In this document: positions 1 to 12,076 of the stretch, one piece after another
Layout: each line of letters opens with the position of its first letter
Position numbering within the stretch: position 1 is the first letter of the stretch
NCBI RefSeq assembly: GCF_006345805.1
Contig: NC_043011.1
Span: forward strand, 33,058,464 to 33,122,463
Length of the DNA: 64,000 nt
Source of the DNA: Octopus sinensis
Taxonomy: Eukaryota
Direction of reading: 5' to 3'
Translations under genes and position numbers: made by a program
Notes under the pieces: model-generated
The model's input: the letters and a program-made list of their open reading frames with translations, nothing else
Database searches by the model: none
What the model was told of the DNA's origin: nothing

Positions 1-635
1 ATCTGGATGCTAAAGGTTAAAATAGTTTATCATAATAAAATGGTAGTAGTTGACTTGGCTTATAGAGTAAAAGTCTAGAATTTGAAGCAGTTGGTGAGGG
101 TATGCACTGATAAACAATTAAACAGAAGATGCTATCTTGGAATGCAGATAAGCTAGCTATAAGGAGTGAAAATTCTAACATAGTGTAGATGGGGTGGAAG
201 GGTGCTCTTGTCCATCAACTGAGAGTAGGAAAAACCCAAGGCATTGTAGTCTAGGAAGCTGGAATTCTGTTGAAGGACAAGACACTGAAACTTGAGACTT
301 TACATTATTCACAGAAATTGAATTTATCAGCATTCCATCATCTTTCCTTTTGACATATTGTATTGTTTGAGAAATATTCTAAGTTACGTAGATGTTTATT
401 TAGTTTTGTTTGTGCGATCCATTGACTAACACAACTTTGTTTCTAACTTCATCTTAATTATCTTATAACTATATCTATGAATAAATAAGTGTACTTAATT
501 ATTTTATATATCTGAATAAATCTACTTAATTATCTTATATCTATGAATAAATCTACTTCTATTTGTAAGCATCATATATGTTGATCTTTGCGTGTGAAAT
601 CAGTTTCAAGAAAATATTTTTTCTTCTTGTTTTAG

Positions 636-788
636 GTGCCTCCGCCTCCATATCCTGGTGATAATTACTCAGGGCCACATATCGGGCATGGCAGAGGCCC
701 ACGCTATGATTCCCAAGATTACAAAGGACCAAAATCAAAAGGTGGTGCTCGGGGAAAAATGGAAATGAGAAATTTCTCAAGATCTTAA
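636..788 (+). CDS. Probable last coding exon of an unidentified gene extending from the left: VPPPPYPGDNYSGPHIGHGRGPRYDSQDYKGPKSKGGARGKMEMRNFSRS*
   Basis: Polypyrimidine tract and AG acceptor (ttttcttcttgttttag|GTG, 634-635), 50 open codons with GC content above the flanks, TAA at 786-788, then a long U/A-rich 3'UTR-like region. Contains a PPPY motif and GRG/ARG motifs. Confidence 0.65.
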   Translation: MPPPPYPGDNYSGPHIGHGRGPRYDSQDYKGPKSKGGARGKMEMRNFSRS

Positions 789-1752
789 GTTAAACATCCT
801 TCTTTTTTTTTTTTTTTTGTTTTTTTTTCTCCCATCCCCTACCTATTTTGTAATTAAAAATTTAAAAAAAAAAGCAATGAAAGATATAAGTTAATTTGCT
901 AAGCTTCTGCTATTGAAAGAATGTCTTGGTTGGAAAAAAGAACAAAAAAAAAAAACATTAAAATCTGAACATTTGAATGTAAAATGAAAATAAATTTTTT
1001 AAATTAAAAAAATAATAACATCATGGCAAACTTTTAAATACATATGTAAATAAGATGAAATATGTTTTTGAAATTTTTTTTTTTTTTTTTTTGTTCCCTA
1101 TAATACAAAATTTTTACAATGAAAAATGCATTTGATCAGTCCTGTTAGCTTGCCTTTTTCTAGTGTATTGATGTAGCGACTGTGAGTGGCACTTAACCAA
1201 TAGCACTTGTCACCCTACATCTAACAACACTTCTTCCAGACTGTTCTACCACAGCTATGCTGCAAAATAACTTTTTTTACTCTCTTAACTGAATTTCTCC
1301 CTAAAAACCTTTGGATTTTTTTTCTTTTTGTTACGTTTGTAGCTACCATTAAAAATTTAGTTATCTTCTAGTTTTTCTCCTCCCCCTTTTGTTTATATTT
1401 TTTTATTTTTCTATTGTACCTTTCTCTTTTTTTTTGTTTTGTTTTGATTTTACCCAACCACTGGTATTTCTTCTTAACCACATTCCACCTTACACCACTT
1501 TTTTGTTTTGGGCTTTGATTTTTTTTTTATTGAACTTTGTGCTTGGATAATAAAATTAATATCCATACTTAGTTATCATGTTTGAGTTATAATTTCCCTA
1601 GCAGGGTTTCTGTTACTGTATAAGGAGATAATAGCTTTGGTCTCTTGGACACTTTTGTCAAACTAACTCAAGATAATTCTTTCAGTAATATTATATGAAA
1701 GCAACTATCAGTTCCTTGATATTCTTCTATCATGAAAATTTCCCACCAGCTC

Positions 1753-1754
<2 letters not shown>

Positions 1755-1832
<78 letters not shown>

Positions 1833-1930
1833 TATGTATGTATATATACATATGTGTATGTATGTGTATATGTATATACATGTAGATATATATATATATA
1901 CATACATGTGTGTGTATGTATATATATATA
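1755..1930. repeat. Compound microsatellite (TA)n/(CA)n/(TG)n
   Basis: Direct reading; explains the YIYI-type ORFs at 1668-2086. Confidence 0.95.
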
Positions 1931-1933
1931 CGA

Positions 1934-2506
1934 AATATTATTATGGAGGCAACACAGGTGAAGTCTAGAAGAGCATAATTGAAACATGCATCCAAAACTT
2001 ATATAAATATATATTCTCGATAAAATAGAAATAAAATTACAAAATACACAAATACATATAATGCTCCGTCCAACCCATGCTAGCATGGAAAACGGACGCT
2101 AAACGATGATGATGATGATGAGACAATATCAGTGCAATGCATAAAATACGATTGAATTTACATAAAAACGATTGAATTTAAAGAAAATATCATTTGTAAG
2201 TACATTTAAAATCATACAGTGTATGATGAAATAAAAAATTTAACTTGAAAGGATATAGTATGAAAAAGACATATTAAAACCAACGAAAAAAAAAATACAA
2301 ACATCACATTTACCGGCTGTTTCAGAGACGTGCCAAGGAATATGACATATTTCATATTATTCTATCATGGCATGTCTCACATCGCTGCTGATGGTTGACC
2401 GGCCCTGGCATGTAGATGTATTTATGAACTTTGCGTAACATCCTGATGAGGAGAGTTTCAATTATGTTCTTCTAGACTTTGCCTGTGTTGCCTCCATAAT
2501 AATATT
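1934..2506. repeat. 52-bp inverted repeat pair (1934-1985 / 2455-2506), 469-bp spacer
   Basis: aatattattatggaggcaacacaggtgaagtctagaagagcataattgaaac versus the reverse complement of 2455-2506; 3 mismatches. Confidence 0.85.
2060..2121 (+). mobile_element. 3' tail of a non-LTR retroposon (SINE/LINE remnant) ending in (GAT)n
   Basis: ccgtccaacccatgctagcatggaaaacggacgctaaacgatgatgatgatgatga: small hairpin followed by a trinucleotide tail, typical of LINE/SINE 3' ends. Confidence 0.5.
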
Positions 2507-3756
2507 ATTTCAAATGTAGCTCACGAGCACTACATTTTCCTTCTGTATTAATGTTTAATAACAAGCTCTGTGCATTACACAAGCACACATTTAAGCCCAC
2601 CAAAATAAATATTTTCATAGGAGCAATTCTCTTTGCTAAGAAAGTGAGGTTTATTTCTGTTTTCTTTGTTGACATGAATATTGAAAATTATCTAATTGGT
2701 TTTTTTTGTTTTTTTTTGTTTTTTTTTAATGGGTATCCATTATTGCTTAATGCCTATTTGAGTAATAAAACATCCAGTGAAATAATGTATAAGTTCAGCC
2801 ATGTCCCATTGGAAGGCTACTGTCATCTTATAAAAATCTAAACTAGGTATTAAGCAGCAGCAACAGCCCACAAACCCTGGCTGAAACCCCTTTTGATTAT
2901 TTAAAAAAAATTTTTTTTTATGTTTCATCTTCCATCAAATATTCTCCACCTTATAAAGTTATGTAATCAACTTTTGAAACAATTTTTTTTAACCCTTTTA
3001 TTTGAACAATTAATTTTCTTGTAAGTTTTTGTATAAAAATATTAAAAATTTTTTACTTTGTTTGATTTTGGTATTTAATTTTCTTTGTTCTTACCATTTA
3101 TATAAGACCTATTAGTCAGGATGTTTCCATCTCAACAAGACTGTTTCTTGTAAAATAATCACTTCTTCAAACCAAACTTCTTGCTAACATTTTTTTTTTT
3201 TTTGTAAGTGACATCTTTTAAGTCTGAAATTCCAAATTAAAACATGTTAATAAAAACCATTTTAAAATTTAAATGTTTATACTTTTGATTAGAAATTGTT
3301 GTTATTTTCTCTCTTCCCTATTTTTTTTCTTTTTTGTTTCATGGTTATATATCTTCATAATGTATGTATTTTTGTGTTACTGTTCCAATGAACTCTGTTG
3401 AAAGAGTCACAGAAGACATGAGTGCAAGTCTCGCAGGCAGCCTTCAACTTTTTCTATCCAAAGGGTTTTTAGCCCAATATTTAATGCGCTATTATTTATA
3501 GCTTTATCCACTTTGAGTTTCACAGTCCCTAAAAATGAATTATTTCACGTGTTCTCAAAGCTTCTAAATTTTTATGACATGAAGTCCTGCATCATGTTGG
3601 TAGAGAGCAACGAAGAGTAGCATACCCGTGAAGCACAACTCAAGATAGGCCTGTTTCTCTATGGCCTTGTCTCACATACCACATTTTGTCAAATAATTTG
3701 GTTTTGTTGGAGGCTGTGTGAACATGTTGCATGTCAGATCTGCTCCTCAGTTTATT

Positions 3757-4519
3757 TTGGAAGACAAAACAGAAACCCACTCGATTGAGTTGGGTTGTAG
3801 GAGAGGGGGAGTTGGTTTTATGCCAGGTCTTGAAGACAGACAGACATGAGCAGAGTTCAAGCTGATGACGAAAACTTCACTGGAGATACGAAAAGAAGTT
3901 GACAGACACTATATTGACATTTGTGTCTAGTAAATACTTTTTTTTGTTTGACTGGAAGAACAGTGAACTTAAGATGGTATTTTAGTACTGTATTATTTCT
4001 AAATTTCTATGTACAACTGACCTACTAAGAAGAGCTCTACATTTTTCACATTTTACATCTGTTTGTAGTCTTTGAATTTCAAAGAAGGCACAGCTATTGA
4101 GTTAAGATGTTTGCTTCAGGAGAACATGGTTAGGGGTTTGGTCCTACTGCATGAATGTTGTCAGCTAATGTTCTGTGCTATAACTGCAATTTAACCATAC
4201 CTTGTGAGTGAAACTTGTAGACAAAAACTGCAGAAGCCTGCAATCGTCTTCACCATTTAATATCTGTTTTCCATGCTAACGCTGGATGGTGTGATAGGAT
4301 CCAACTATCCAGAATACTTTTTGAGCTCCAGTGTCACCTTTTATATGGTTTCTACTGCTGGATACCTTTCCTACTCTTGACCACTTTACAGAGTATATTG
4401 GGCACTTTTTTTCCATGTCACCTTCACCAGTGAGATCAACAAGTAACTTGGAAGACAAAACAGAAACCCACTCGACTGAGTTGGGATGTAGTAGAGGGTG
4501 AGTTGGTTTTATGCCAGGT
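3757..4519 (+). repeat. 72-bp dispersed direct repeat (3757-3828 and 4448-4519) containing a small hairpin
   Basis: ttggaagacaaaacagaaacccactcga(t/c)tgagttggg...gttggttttatgccaggt occurs twice at about 90% identity. Confidence 0.85.
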
Positions 4520-5014
4520 GTCTTGCTATAGAAGAGATAAATGGTTACCTTTTATTGTGTGGTAGCAGTTGAAAGTAACTGGAAAAAAGACAAAGAAGGT
4601 GAGTATGAGAGAATATGAGCTGAGCATGGGGAGGTGTGGGTGGATAGGTTATTAGGGATGTGAAAGGAAAGTGACTGGTGGTTAGGGATGGTGTTAGACG
4701 GTATTGTAGTGGATGATGTGCAAGGGTGGAGAGTAACAGCCTAATAAACCTGTAGATAGATCAGAAAATAGGAATATGGAGTGCAGGATAGGAAAATGGA
4801 ATGCTAGAGATGTATGGGGATAGATAATGGAGGTAAGAGGTACATAGTGGTGATCCCAGTATTTGACTCATTGATTTGTTGACTTGTTTCGTGGAAGCTG
4901 AATGCCAAAAGTTACTATAATCATAAGCTAACCAATACCTTGTGAGTGAACTTGGTAGATAGAAAATGAAGAAGTCTGTTCTATGTACACATGTGTGTGT
5001 GTACATATAATGTA

Positions 5015-5720
5015 TCAGGCTGAGTAAAAAGTAAGCAATGTTTTGAAACATGAAATACATCACAATGTATTTCAGCAATGCAGAAATTTTATTCATCAAA
5101 GTAAGTACCATTACAATCAACACATTTTTGCCAATGAGTTACATGTTTGTTTATTCCAGTAACATAAAAATCCAGAGTTCTGAAGCTGATGAACTCTTCA
5201 AATGCACTTTCAGTATTGGTTTGATTTTTGAACTCCTTCTCTCACAGGAAACCATCAAGGTGCTTGAAAAAGTGGTTGTCAATAGGTGAAAGGTCTGGGG
5301 AATAAGCTGGATGAGAAAGACCTTCATAGCCAAGTTCCCTTAACTTCTGGAGTGTTATTAGTAGTTGAGTAATGGATCAGTTTGGTTATGGAGAAGAAGC
5401 GATGAGCAAATTTCATATCTGCACATTTTCTGATTTTCACTCAAATCATGTGGTACCCATGAGAGTTTTTGATTTTCCAATCACATGCAAATGGTTGCAG
5501 GCAGTCTTCTGGCTAACTGGAAGTTCTTTTGTCAGCTCTCCAGTGGCTTTATGTGAATCTTTCTCAATGACCATCTTTAATTGAGCGTCATTGATGACAG
5601 AGGGGCATCCACTATGCTCATGATCATCAAGATTTAGGTCTCTACTGCAAAATTTACCTAGAATATTTACCTACTTTTCTTAACATAAAATCAATTGGTA
5701 TCCTTAATTCAGAAATAACG
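5015..5720 (-). mobile_element. Mariner (Tc1/mariner, D,D34D-type) transposon fossil, internally deleted
   Basis: Minus-strand translation gives ...VPHDLSENQK (WVPHEL motif) and HPAYSPDLSPIDNHFFKHLDGFL*EKEF...WQKCVDCNGTYFDE* (YSPDL motif and typical mariner C-terminus). TA followed by a TIR-like tcaggctgagtaaaaagtaagc at 5013-5040. Confidence 0.9.
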
Positions 5721-5733
5721 AAATTATATATAT

Positions 5734-6354
5734 AGATGCAAGAGCGGCTGTGTGGTAAGTAGCTTACTTACCAACCATATGGTTCCAGGTTCAGTCCCAC
5801 TGCATGGCACTTTAGGTAAGTGTCTTCTGCTATAGCCTAGGGCCAACCAAAGCCTTGTGAGTAGATTTGGTAGACAGAAACCGAAAGAAGACAGCGAGCT
5901 GGCAGAAACGTTAGCATGCCGGGCGAAATGCTTAGTGATATTTTGTCTGCTGTTATGTTCTGAGTTCAAATTCTGCCATGGTCGACTTTGCCTTTCATCC
6001 TTTCGGGATCGATAAATTAAGTACCAGTTACGCACTGGAGTCAATGTAATCAACTTAATCTCTTTGTCTGTTCATGTTTGTCTCCTCTATGTTTAGCCTC
6101 TTGTGAGCAATACAGAAATAAGAAATTGAAAGAAGCCCATCATATGTGTGTGTGTGTGTGTTTGTCCCTTTCCCACCATTTCTTGACAACCAATGCTGGT
6201 GTGTTTATGGCGCCATAACTTAGCGGTTCGACAAAGGATGATCAATAGAATAAGTACTAGGCTTACAAAGAATGAGTCCTGTGGTCAATTTGTTCGACTA
6301 AAGGTGGTACTCTAGCATGGCTGCAATCAAATGACTGAAACAACTAAAAGAGTA
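5734..6354 (+). mobile_element. tRNA-derived SINE, family A (octopus OR/OK-type), interrupted by a family B SINE
   Basis: tRNA-like head ggctgtgtggtaag...ggttccaggttcagtccc (A/B-box-like), central (TG)n, tail caaatgactgaaacaa; homologous to 6707-7071 and 26487-26908. Confidence 0.9.
5894..6120 (+). mobile_element. tRNA-derived SINE, family B, nested in the family A SINE
   Basis: gcgagctggcagaaacgttagc...gttctgagttcaaattctgcc...ttgtgagcaatacagaaata; flanked by an imperfect ~15-bp TSD agaaa(cc/tt)gaaagaag. Confidence 0.9.
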
Positions 6355-6706
6355 AGTATACACATGCACACACATGAATATGATGGTCGTCCCTTGTCTG
6401 AAAAAGATGGTTCTGCTATTTCTTGCTGAATGATCTGAACAAATGGTTTGTTTATAGTGATCAAATGTTTTACTGTACCTTAGCTCACTCTCTCCATCAA
6501 ATCGATGTTGCCAGAGCAGATGCACAGTGTACCACATGTCTAGTGTTAAAAGTGATCACCGAACAACATGATATGAAGGGTTTTGCTCAAGAACACAATG
6601 ATCCACTTATTCCAGGAATTGAAACCACAATCTTGTAATCATTAAATCTCTGAACTGGGATGGCTCTCTCTGTTTCTCACTCTGTCTGTCTGTCTCTATA
6701 TACATA

Positions 6707-7071
6707 GGCGTAGGAGAGGCTGTGTTGTAAGTAGCTTGCTTACCAACCACATGGTTCCGGGTTCAGTGGCGCTCTGGGCAAGTGTCTTCTACTATAGCCT
6801 CGGGCTGACCGAAGTCTTGCGAGTGGATTTGGTAGACGGAAACTGAAAGAAGCCCATCATATATATGTATGTGTTTGTCCCCCCAACATTGCTTGACAAC
6901 TGATGCTGGTGTGTTTACGTCCCTGTAACTTAGCGGTTCGGCAAAAGAGACCGATAGAATAAGTACTATGCTTATAAAGAATAAGTCCTGGGGTCGATTT
7001 GCTCGACTAAAGGCGGTGCTGCAGCATGGCCACAGTCAAATGACTGAAACAAGTAAAAGAGAGTAAAAAGA
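6707..7071 (+). mobile_element. tRNA-derived SINE, family A
   Basis: ggcgtaggagaggctgtgttgtaag...gcagcatggccacagtcaaatgactgaaacaagtaaaagagag. Confidence 0.9.
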
Positions 7072-8101
7072 AGACCACATAGAGGAAGAGGACAGAGTAG
7101 ATAATGCCTTGAACCTCCATTTCCACAACCTATATGGAAAATATGTGAAGTAACATGAACTCTCCTTCACCTGTTAATAAATTTGGTGGGCTTCACAAGA
7201 TATCTTACGTACTCCTAAGATTTTTCACAGTATTAAGTAAGTTATGTTCCTAATAAAACGTTGACCGCGAATCACTATGTACAAAGATGCAATTAGCTAT
7301 ATTTCATTTCAAAAATATTCCTGTGTATAATGATGAAGATCAAAGTAATTGTAATACATTCTCTTTACAAAACAACTAGTTTTCTATTATATAAATCGTG
7401 GTTTTGAAGATGTTACTTCCATTTGTGAAAGATATCTGAAGCTTGTTGGTATATTTCTCACTTATATTCTTGTAGCTGAATAAAAAAAAAGTACAGTGAA
7501 AGCCGCTTATTCTAATCACGTATAACGTTAAGAGGTTGTTGTCATGAAATTTAGTCTTTTTACGGAAATCCTAGGTGAAATTAAGTTAATTGTAAAGAGA
7601 GGGTTATTGATATCGAATGACATTTGTCATTAAGGAATCAAAATAACCGTGTTCCAATGTAAGGTTCATTAAAGCGCCATTAGCTAGTTCACCTTTGGCT
7701 CTTATGCTTCCTCTCCGATAAACATTTCTACATGTTTACTGTAGAAATTACTTGATGATTTTTAAAAGGAATCTTGCAACATAACAGAAAGGAATAGCAT
7801 GCATAAACATACGAGTAATATTTCATAGGAAACAAACAATAAACGAATATAAAATAACAACACTCTTGTGAAAGAAAATATCAATTATATTCTTCTAAAA
7901 AAATATACAAAAGATTTTGGAGATTGTTTTACAAAATGTCAATGGGATGGATGAATAAATAATGAATGTTCACAATGTCAATCAGCTGATATGAGTGAGA
8001 ATAATTTTTAAAATCACATAAAGTGATGTAGTATGAAAAGAGTACTGAGTAATAGATATATCACAGTATTTCATCAAATTTTTGTATGAATGAATAAGAT
8101 A

Positions 8102-10009
8102 TTAGTCCATTTCTTCAATCGTAGGACCACTGGACGCTTGTGATGTGCAATGATTATTGTTAGACGAAGACGATGTGTGTAGTTTGGACATGATAGGAGA
8201 GCAAATTTTCTGTGCTTCCTGAAGTCTGTAGGTAAATTCGTCTGTGTCTGCTAGACTGTTGTTGTCTATCCACTGTAATGTTTGTTCACACATTTCCACT
8301 GCTTGCTTCTTATCTTGCTCGGACAGTTTGCCGTTATCTTCATTGAGTGCTTGTTTCACACTGAATATGTAATGCTCCAACTGGTTTCTAGCTGCAACAC
8401 GTTGGCGTTGCTTTTCGTCTTCTGCCTCGTATTGTTTAGCTTCGTTGAGCATTCTTTCGATTTCCTCTTTGCTCAAACGACCTTTGTCGTTGGTGATGGT
8501 AATTTTGTTGCTTTTGCCGGTGCTTTTGTCGACAGCAGAAACGTTGAGTATTCCATTGGCATCCATATCGAAGGAGACTTCTATTTGAGGTACGCCTCTG
8601 GGAGCTGGTGGAATGCCAGTCAAGTCGAAACGTCCGAGGCAGTTGTTGTCTTTTGTCATTGCTCTTTCTCCTTCGAATACCTGAATAGAAACAGCCGGCT
8701 GGTTATCTGAATACGTAGTGAATACATTGGATGCCTTACACGGTATTCTGCTGTTACGCTCGATAAGTTTGGTCATCACACCACCAGCCGTTTCGATTCC
8801 AAGAGATAACGGTGCTACATCTACAAGTAGTACGTCTTTGATGCAATCGCTCGCGTCTCCAGACAGAACAGCAGCTTGTACGGCAGCTCCGTAGGCGACA
8901 GCTTCGTCTGGGTTGATGGATTTGTTGATGGTCTTTCCTTGCATGAAGTCGGCAAGTAATTTCTGGATCTTGGGAATGCGTGTCGATCCACCGACCAACA
9001 CGATGTCGTCGATGCGGGATTTATCGAGTTTGGCGTCTCGCAGAGCTTTCTCAACTGGTTCTAGAGTCGATCGGAAGAGGTCACTGCAAAGATCCTCGAA
9101 GCGTGCTCTGGTAATCTTCGAGAGAAAATCAATGCCTTCATACAGAGAATCCAGCTCTACTGAAGCTTCTGAACTGCTCGATAGGGTTCGTTTTGCCCGT
9201 TCACATGCAGTACGCAGACGTCTGATAGAGCGTGGGCTTTGTTTCAGATTTTTCTTGTGTTTACGCTTGAATTCTTCGACAAAGTAGTCAACGAGCCGGT
9301 TGTCGAAGTCTTCTCCTCCGAGATGTGTGTCGCCAGCTGTAGCTTTCACCTCGAAAAGAGATCCTTGGTCGATTGTGAGGATGGAAACATCGAATGTACC
9401 ACCGCCCAAGTCGAAGATCAGAACGTTCTTCTCACCAGATAAGTTTTTCTCGAGACCGTAGGCGAGTGCGGCGGCCGTTGGTTCGTTGACAATTCTCAAC
9501 ACATTCAAACCAGCTATACTAGCTGCATCTTTCGTCGCCTGTCTCTGAGAGTCGTTAAAGTAAGCTGGCACCGTTACTACTGCGTCTTTCACTTTACAGC
9601 CCAGGTACGACTCGGCTGTCTCCTTCATTTTACTCAATACCATCGAGCTAATCTCTTCGGCCGAGAACTGTTTTTGCTCTCCCTTGTACTCCACTTGTAC
9701 ATGTGCTTTATTACCGTTTGTGTTCACCACTCGGAATGGCCAATATTTCATGTCGCTTTGTACGGACGTATCGTTAAAGTGACGTCCAATTAAACGTTTA
9801 GCATCGAATACCGTGTTCTCAGGGTTGAGGGCCGCTTGGTTTTTCGCTGCATCACCCACCAGCCTTTCGGCATTGGTGAAAGCCACATAGCTTGGTGTTG
9901 TCCTGTTTCCCTGATCGTTGGCAATAATTTCCACTTTACCGTGTTGAAACACACCTACACAAGAATAGGTTGTTCCCAGATCGATTCCGATAGCAGGTGC
10001 TTTTACCAT
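8102..10009 (-). CDS. HSP70: Cytosolic heat shock protein 70, intronless, intact (copy 1, 635 aa)
   Basis: Family signatures [22 protein letters not shown] and [15 protein letters not shown]; no signal or transit peptide; ends GPTIEEMD; no introns; no GGMP repeats; HSE-containing promoter. Confidence 0.98.
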   Translation of the reverse strand: MVKAPAIGIDLGTTYSCVGVFQHGKVEIIANDQGNRTTPSYVAFTNAERLVGDAAKNQAALNPENTVFDAKRLIGRHFNDTSVQSDMKYWPFRVVNTNGNKAHVQVEYKGEQKQFSAEEISSMVLSKMKETAESYLGCKVKDAVVTVPAYFNDSQRQATKDAASIAGLNVLRIVNEPTAAALAYGLEKNLSGEKNVLIFDLGGGTFDVSILTIDQGSLFEVKATAGDTHLGGEDFDNRLVDYFVEEFKRKHKKNLKQSPRSIRRLRTACERAKRTLSSSSEASVELDSLYEGIDFLSKITRARFEDLCSDLFRSTLEPVEKALRDAKLDKSRIDDIVLVGGSTRIPKIQKLLADFMQGKTINKSINPDEAVAYGAAVQAAVLSGDASDCIKDVLLVDVAPLSLGIETAGGVMTKLIERNSRIPCKASNVFTTYSDNQPAVSIQVFEGERAMTKDNNCLGRFDLTGIPPAPRGVPQIEVSFDMDANGILNVSAVDKSTGKSNKITITNDKGRLSKEEIERMLNEAKQYEAEDEKQRQRVAARNQLEHYIFSVKQALNEDNGKLSEQDKKQAVEMCEQTLQWIDNNSLADTDEFTYRLQEAQKICSPIMSKLHTSSSSNNNHCTSQASSGPTIEEMD

Positions 10010-10268
10010 TCTTCTTCCTTTTTCTATTGTTCGCTCAAAATGTCCAATATAAAAGTTGAGAAATTCTTTCTTTCTTCTTTATCTCTTGCTCGTCTTACTT
10101 TGTACTTCAGTTGTATGAGTAGAATATATAAATGTATTGTATGTGAATGAGTGTTGCTTCAATGTATGTATAACTGAAAGAAATGTTTCGCAGCTGAGAC
10201 TCTTGCCTCGAGTTGTTTACAGTCGTGCTTCTGTAGAATCTGATTGACAAGCTGTGTGAGCAATGCTG

Positions 10269-10385
10269 TATATATAGTGGAGAGTTACGCCCCTTCCCAC
10301 TGTGACGTCATCACCAGAGTTTACGAGGCATTTCGATATTGTTCTACCAGGTGCTACAGCTTTCTGGAACGTTCCAGAAGTTTCC
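10269..10385 (-). promoter_or_regulatory. HSP70-1 promoter: TATA (10269-10276), CRE (10303-10310), 5-unit HSE (10361-10385)
   Basis: TTCtgGAAcgTTCcaGAAgtTTC = five alternating nGAAn units including an 18-bp palindrome; perfect TGACGTCA; TATATATA about 30 bp upstream of a TCAATC initiator-like site. Confidence 0.9.
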
Positions 10386-10479
10386 TTTTAATTCCATTAG
10401 CTTATTTTACATATAGAAGTGGATTTGTATAGGATATTTGCTCATAATTTGTGTTTTTTTGTAGAACAACTCTGTTTCA

Positions 10480-11455
10480 TGGATGAATATTGCCGTCGTA
10501 CCAAATAATAAACACCGTCGTTCACGTTCTTTTCCCATCATTGTATATCGCTTCTCGCAACTCTTATCGTTGTTTTGATAGTTTTCTTGGTTTGAAATAT
10601 TTTGTGTTGCACAATGTTTATGTTTTAAGACTGAAATGCAACAATAGTAACAAATTCGCAAGTCATTTACGATCTCATAAAAAGGGCGACGACGCGAATA
10701 TCACTGCACTTGCTAGAAATGGCAGTCAAAATCTGCCGAATGTTTTGTTTTGGCTTTAAACAAAGAAATGTCACATTTGAATAATTATACCTTGATACAA
10801 AATCTTTCACAATGGGTTTAGATTGTCATATAACGCACAAGTGTGTCCTCGAACAAAATACACATAGAAAAAGCAAATGCATTTCTATAGTAATTGGTTA
10901 AGAATAGCGTCGCTGGTTACCCAGGGAAGTATAGCTGCTTTCAATTCGTTCCTGATGATCAGAGTCAGAATGTAGTGCTTGTAACTCGGAATGAAACGAA
11001 TAATCAAAGATTTGTATTTATTTTCACTTCCACGTTTACTATGTTTGCTTTCTAATATCATTGAATAAGTTAGACGTACATGTGTAGCTGTGATTGATGA
11101 ATGAATATTGCTCTCATACGAAATAATAAACACCACCTTTCACGTTCTCTTGGCATTTAGAATATCGCTTCTCACAACTTTTATTTTTGCTCTCATAGTT
11201 TCCTCGGTTTGAAATATTTTGTGTTGCACTCTGTTTATGTTTTTTGCCGGAATTACAACTAGAACAAACAAATTCGCATTTTCATTTCGGGACTTTTAAA
11301 CTATCGACGACGTGAATATCACCATACTCGCTAGAAATAGCAGTCACAATCTGCCGAAAGCCATCATTTGTTGTCTTCAAAGAAGGAATGATACATTTGA
11401 ATATTTATTCTTTGATGAAGAATGTATTACATAGAGTTCGGATACACGTATACCG
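10480..11455. repeat. Diverged tandem duplication of a ~370-bp upstream module (proximal 10480-10860, distal 11097-11455)
   Basis: Shared blocks such as gaatattg...aaataataaacacc and ggtttgaaatattttgtgttgcac, and gacgacg(c/t)gaatatcac...gctagaaat(g/a)gcagtca(a/c)aatctgccgaa. Confidence 0.8.
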
Positions 11456-12076
11456 CACACATTTTCTACAAATATGCTTCAGATGTTGCAGGTTCTGATC
11501 ATACCGAAATATTGTATAGTGAAAGATTTTCTTTGCCAGCGTTGGGTGGATGTGTTTCGGAAAATTCAAACGAGGCGGATTTCTGAATTCTTAACTGTCA
11601 GGGAAATAAGTAATTTTGTAAGAAAGGTTCTATAGATATATTTTGGAGTGTGTAGATTGCGATTATGCCGGATATTAACATGAGAAAATAAATTTGGTAG
11701 GTCCATAAACACAAGTACTGACACACGTCACTTACGTCTTCATAATGAAACCTGAAATTTCAAGAGAAAAAAAAAGATGTGTGCCAGTATATGGGTGTGC
11801 TCTCAATTTTTTTCCACATCAAATTCTAATATAATCGTAATTTACACTCTGTTAAAAGTATTTGCAGAAAATTTCATTGAAAAATTCCAGTTTTTCTGAA
11901 AGTTATGAGAAAACAAAACCAACACTTGCGTATTTTCCGAAGCACTTCTTCCCACCGACAGAAAAAGGTTTCTCAAGAAATTCCAGCATCACCAGAATCT
12001 ACATCATCTGAGGCGTATCTGTAGAAAATTGCATCAAGAAATATCACTTTTTCTAGCAGCTAAATGGTAATAGATT

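Noticed and set aside
559-780. 73-aa minus-strand ORF
   Set aside because: Antisense to the better-supported plus-strand exon 636-788; no recognisable features.
1668-2086. YIYI/HTYI/MYVC-type ORFs here and at 14807-16206, 23789-24010, 41814-42220 and 52606-53201
   Set aside because: Stop-free translations of (TA)n, (CA)n and (CATA)n microsatellites; no coding signal.
2444-2470. CTGATGA motifs at 2444 and 3865 as hammerhead cores
   Set aside because: Neither is followed by a stem II, GAAA, stem III and NUH arrangement with a closing stem I.
5734-5810. tRNA genes at SINE heads
   Set aside because: Only A/B-box-like tRNA-derived heads continuing into SINE bodies; no complete cloverleaf.
8282-9442. 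Antisense ORFs overlapping every HSP70 copy (for example 142 aa and 124 aa)
   Set aside because: By-product of HSP70 codon usage, repeated only because the genes are duplicated; no independent promoter or homology evidence.
8102-10009. Bacterial dnaK or contamination, suggested by the intronless gene
   Set aside because: The sequence is a eukaryotic cytosolic HSP70 (EEMD tail, HSE/TATA promoter) embedded among metazoan SINEs and LINEs.
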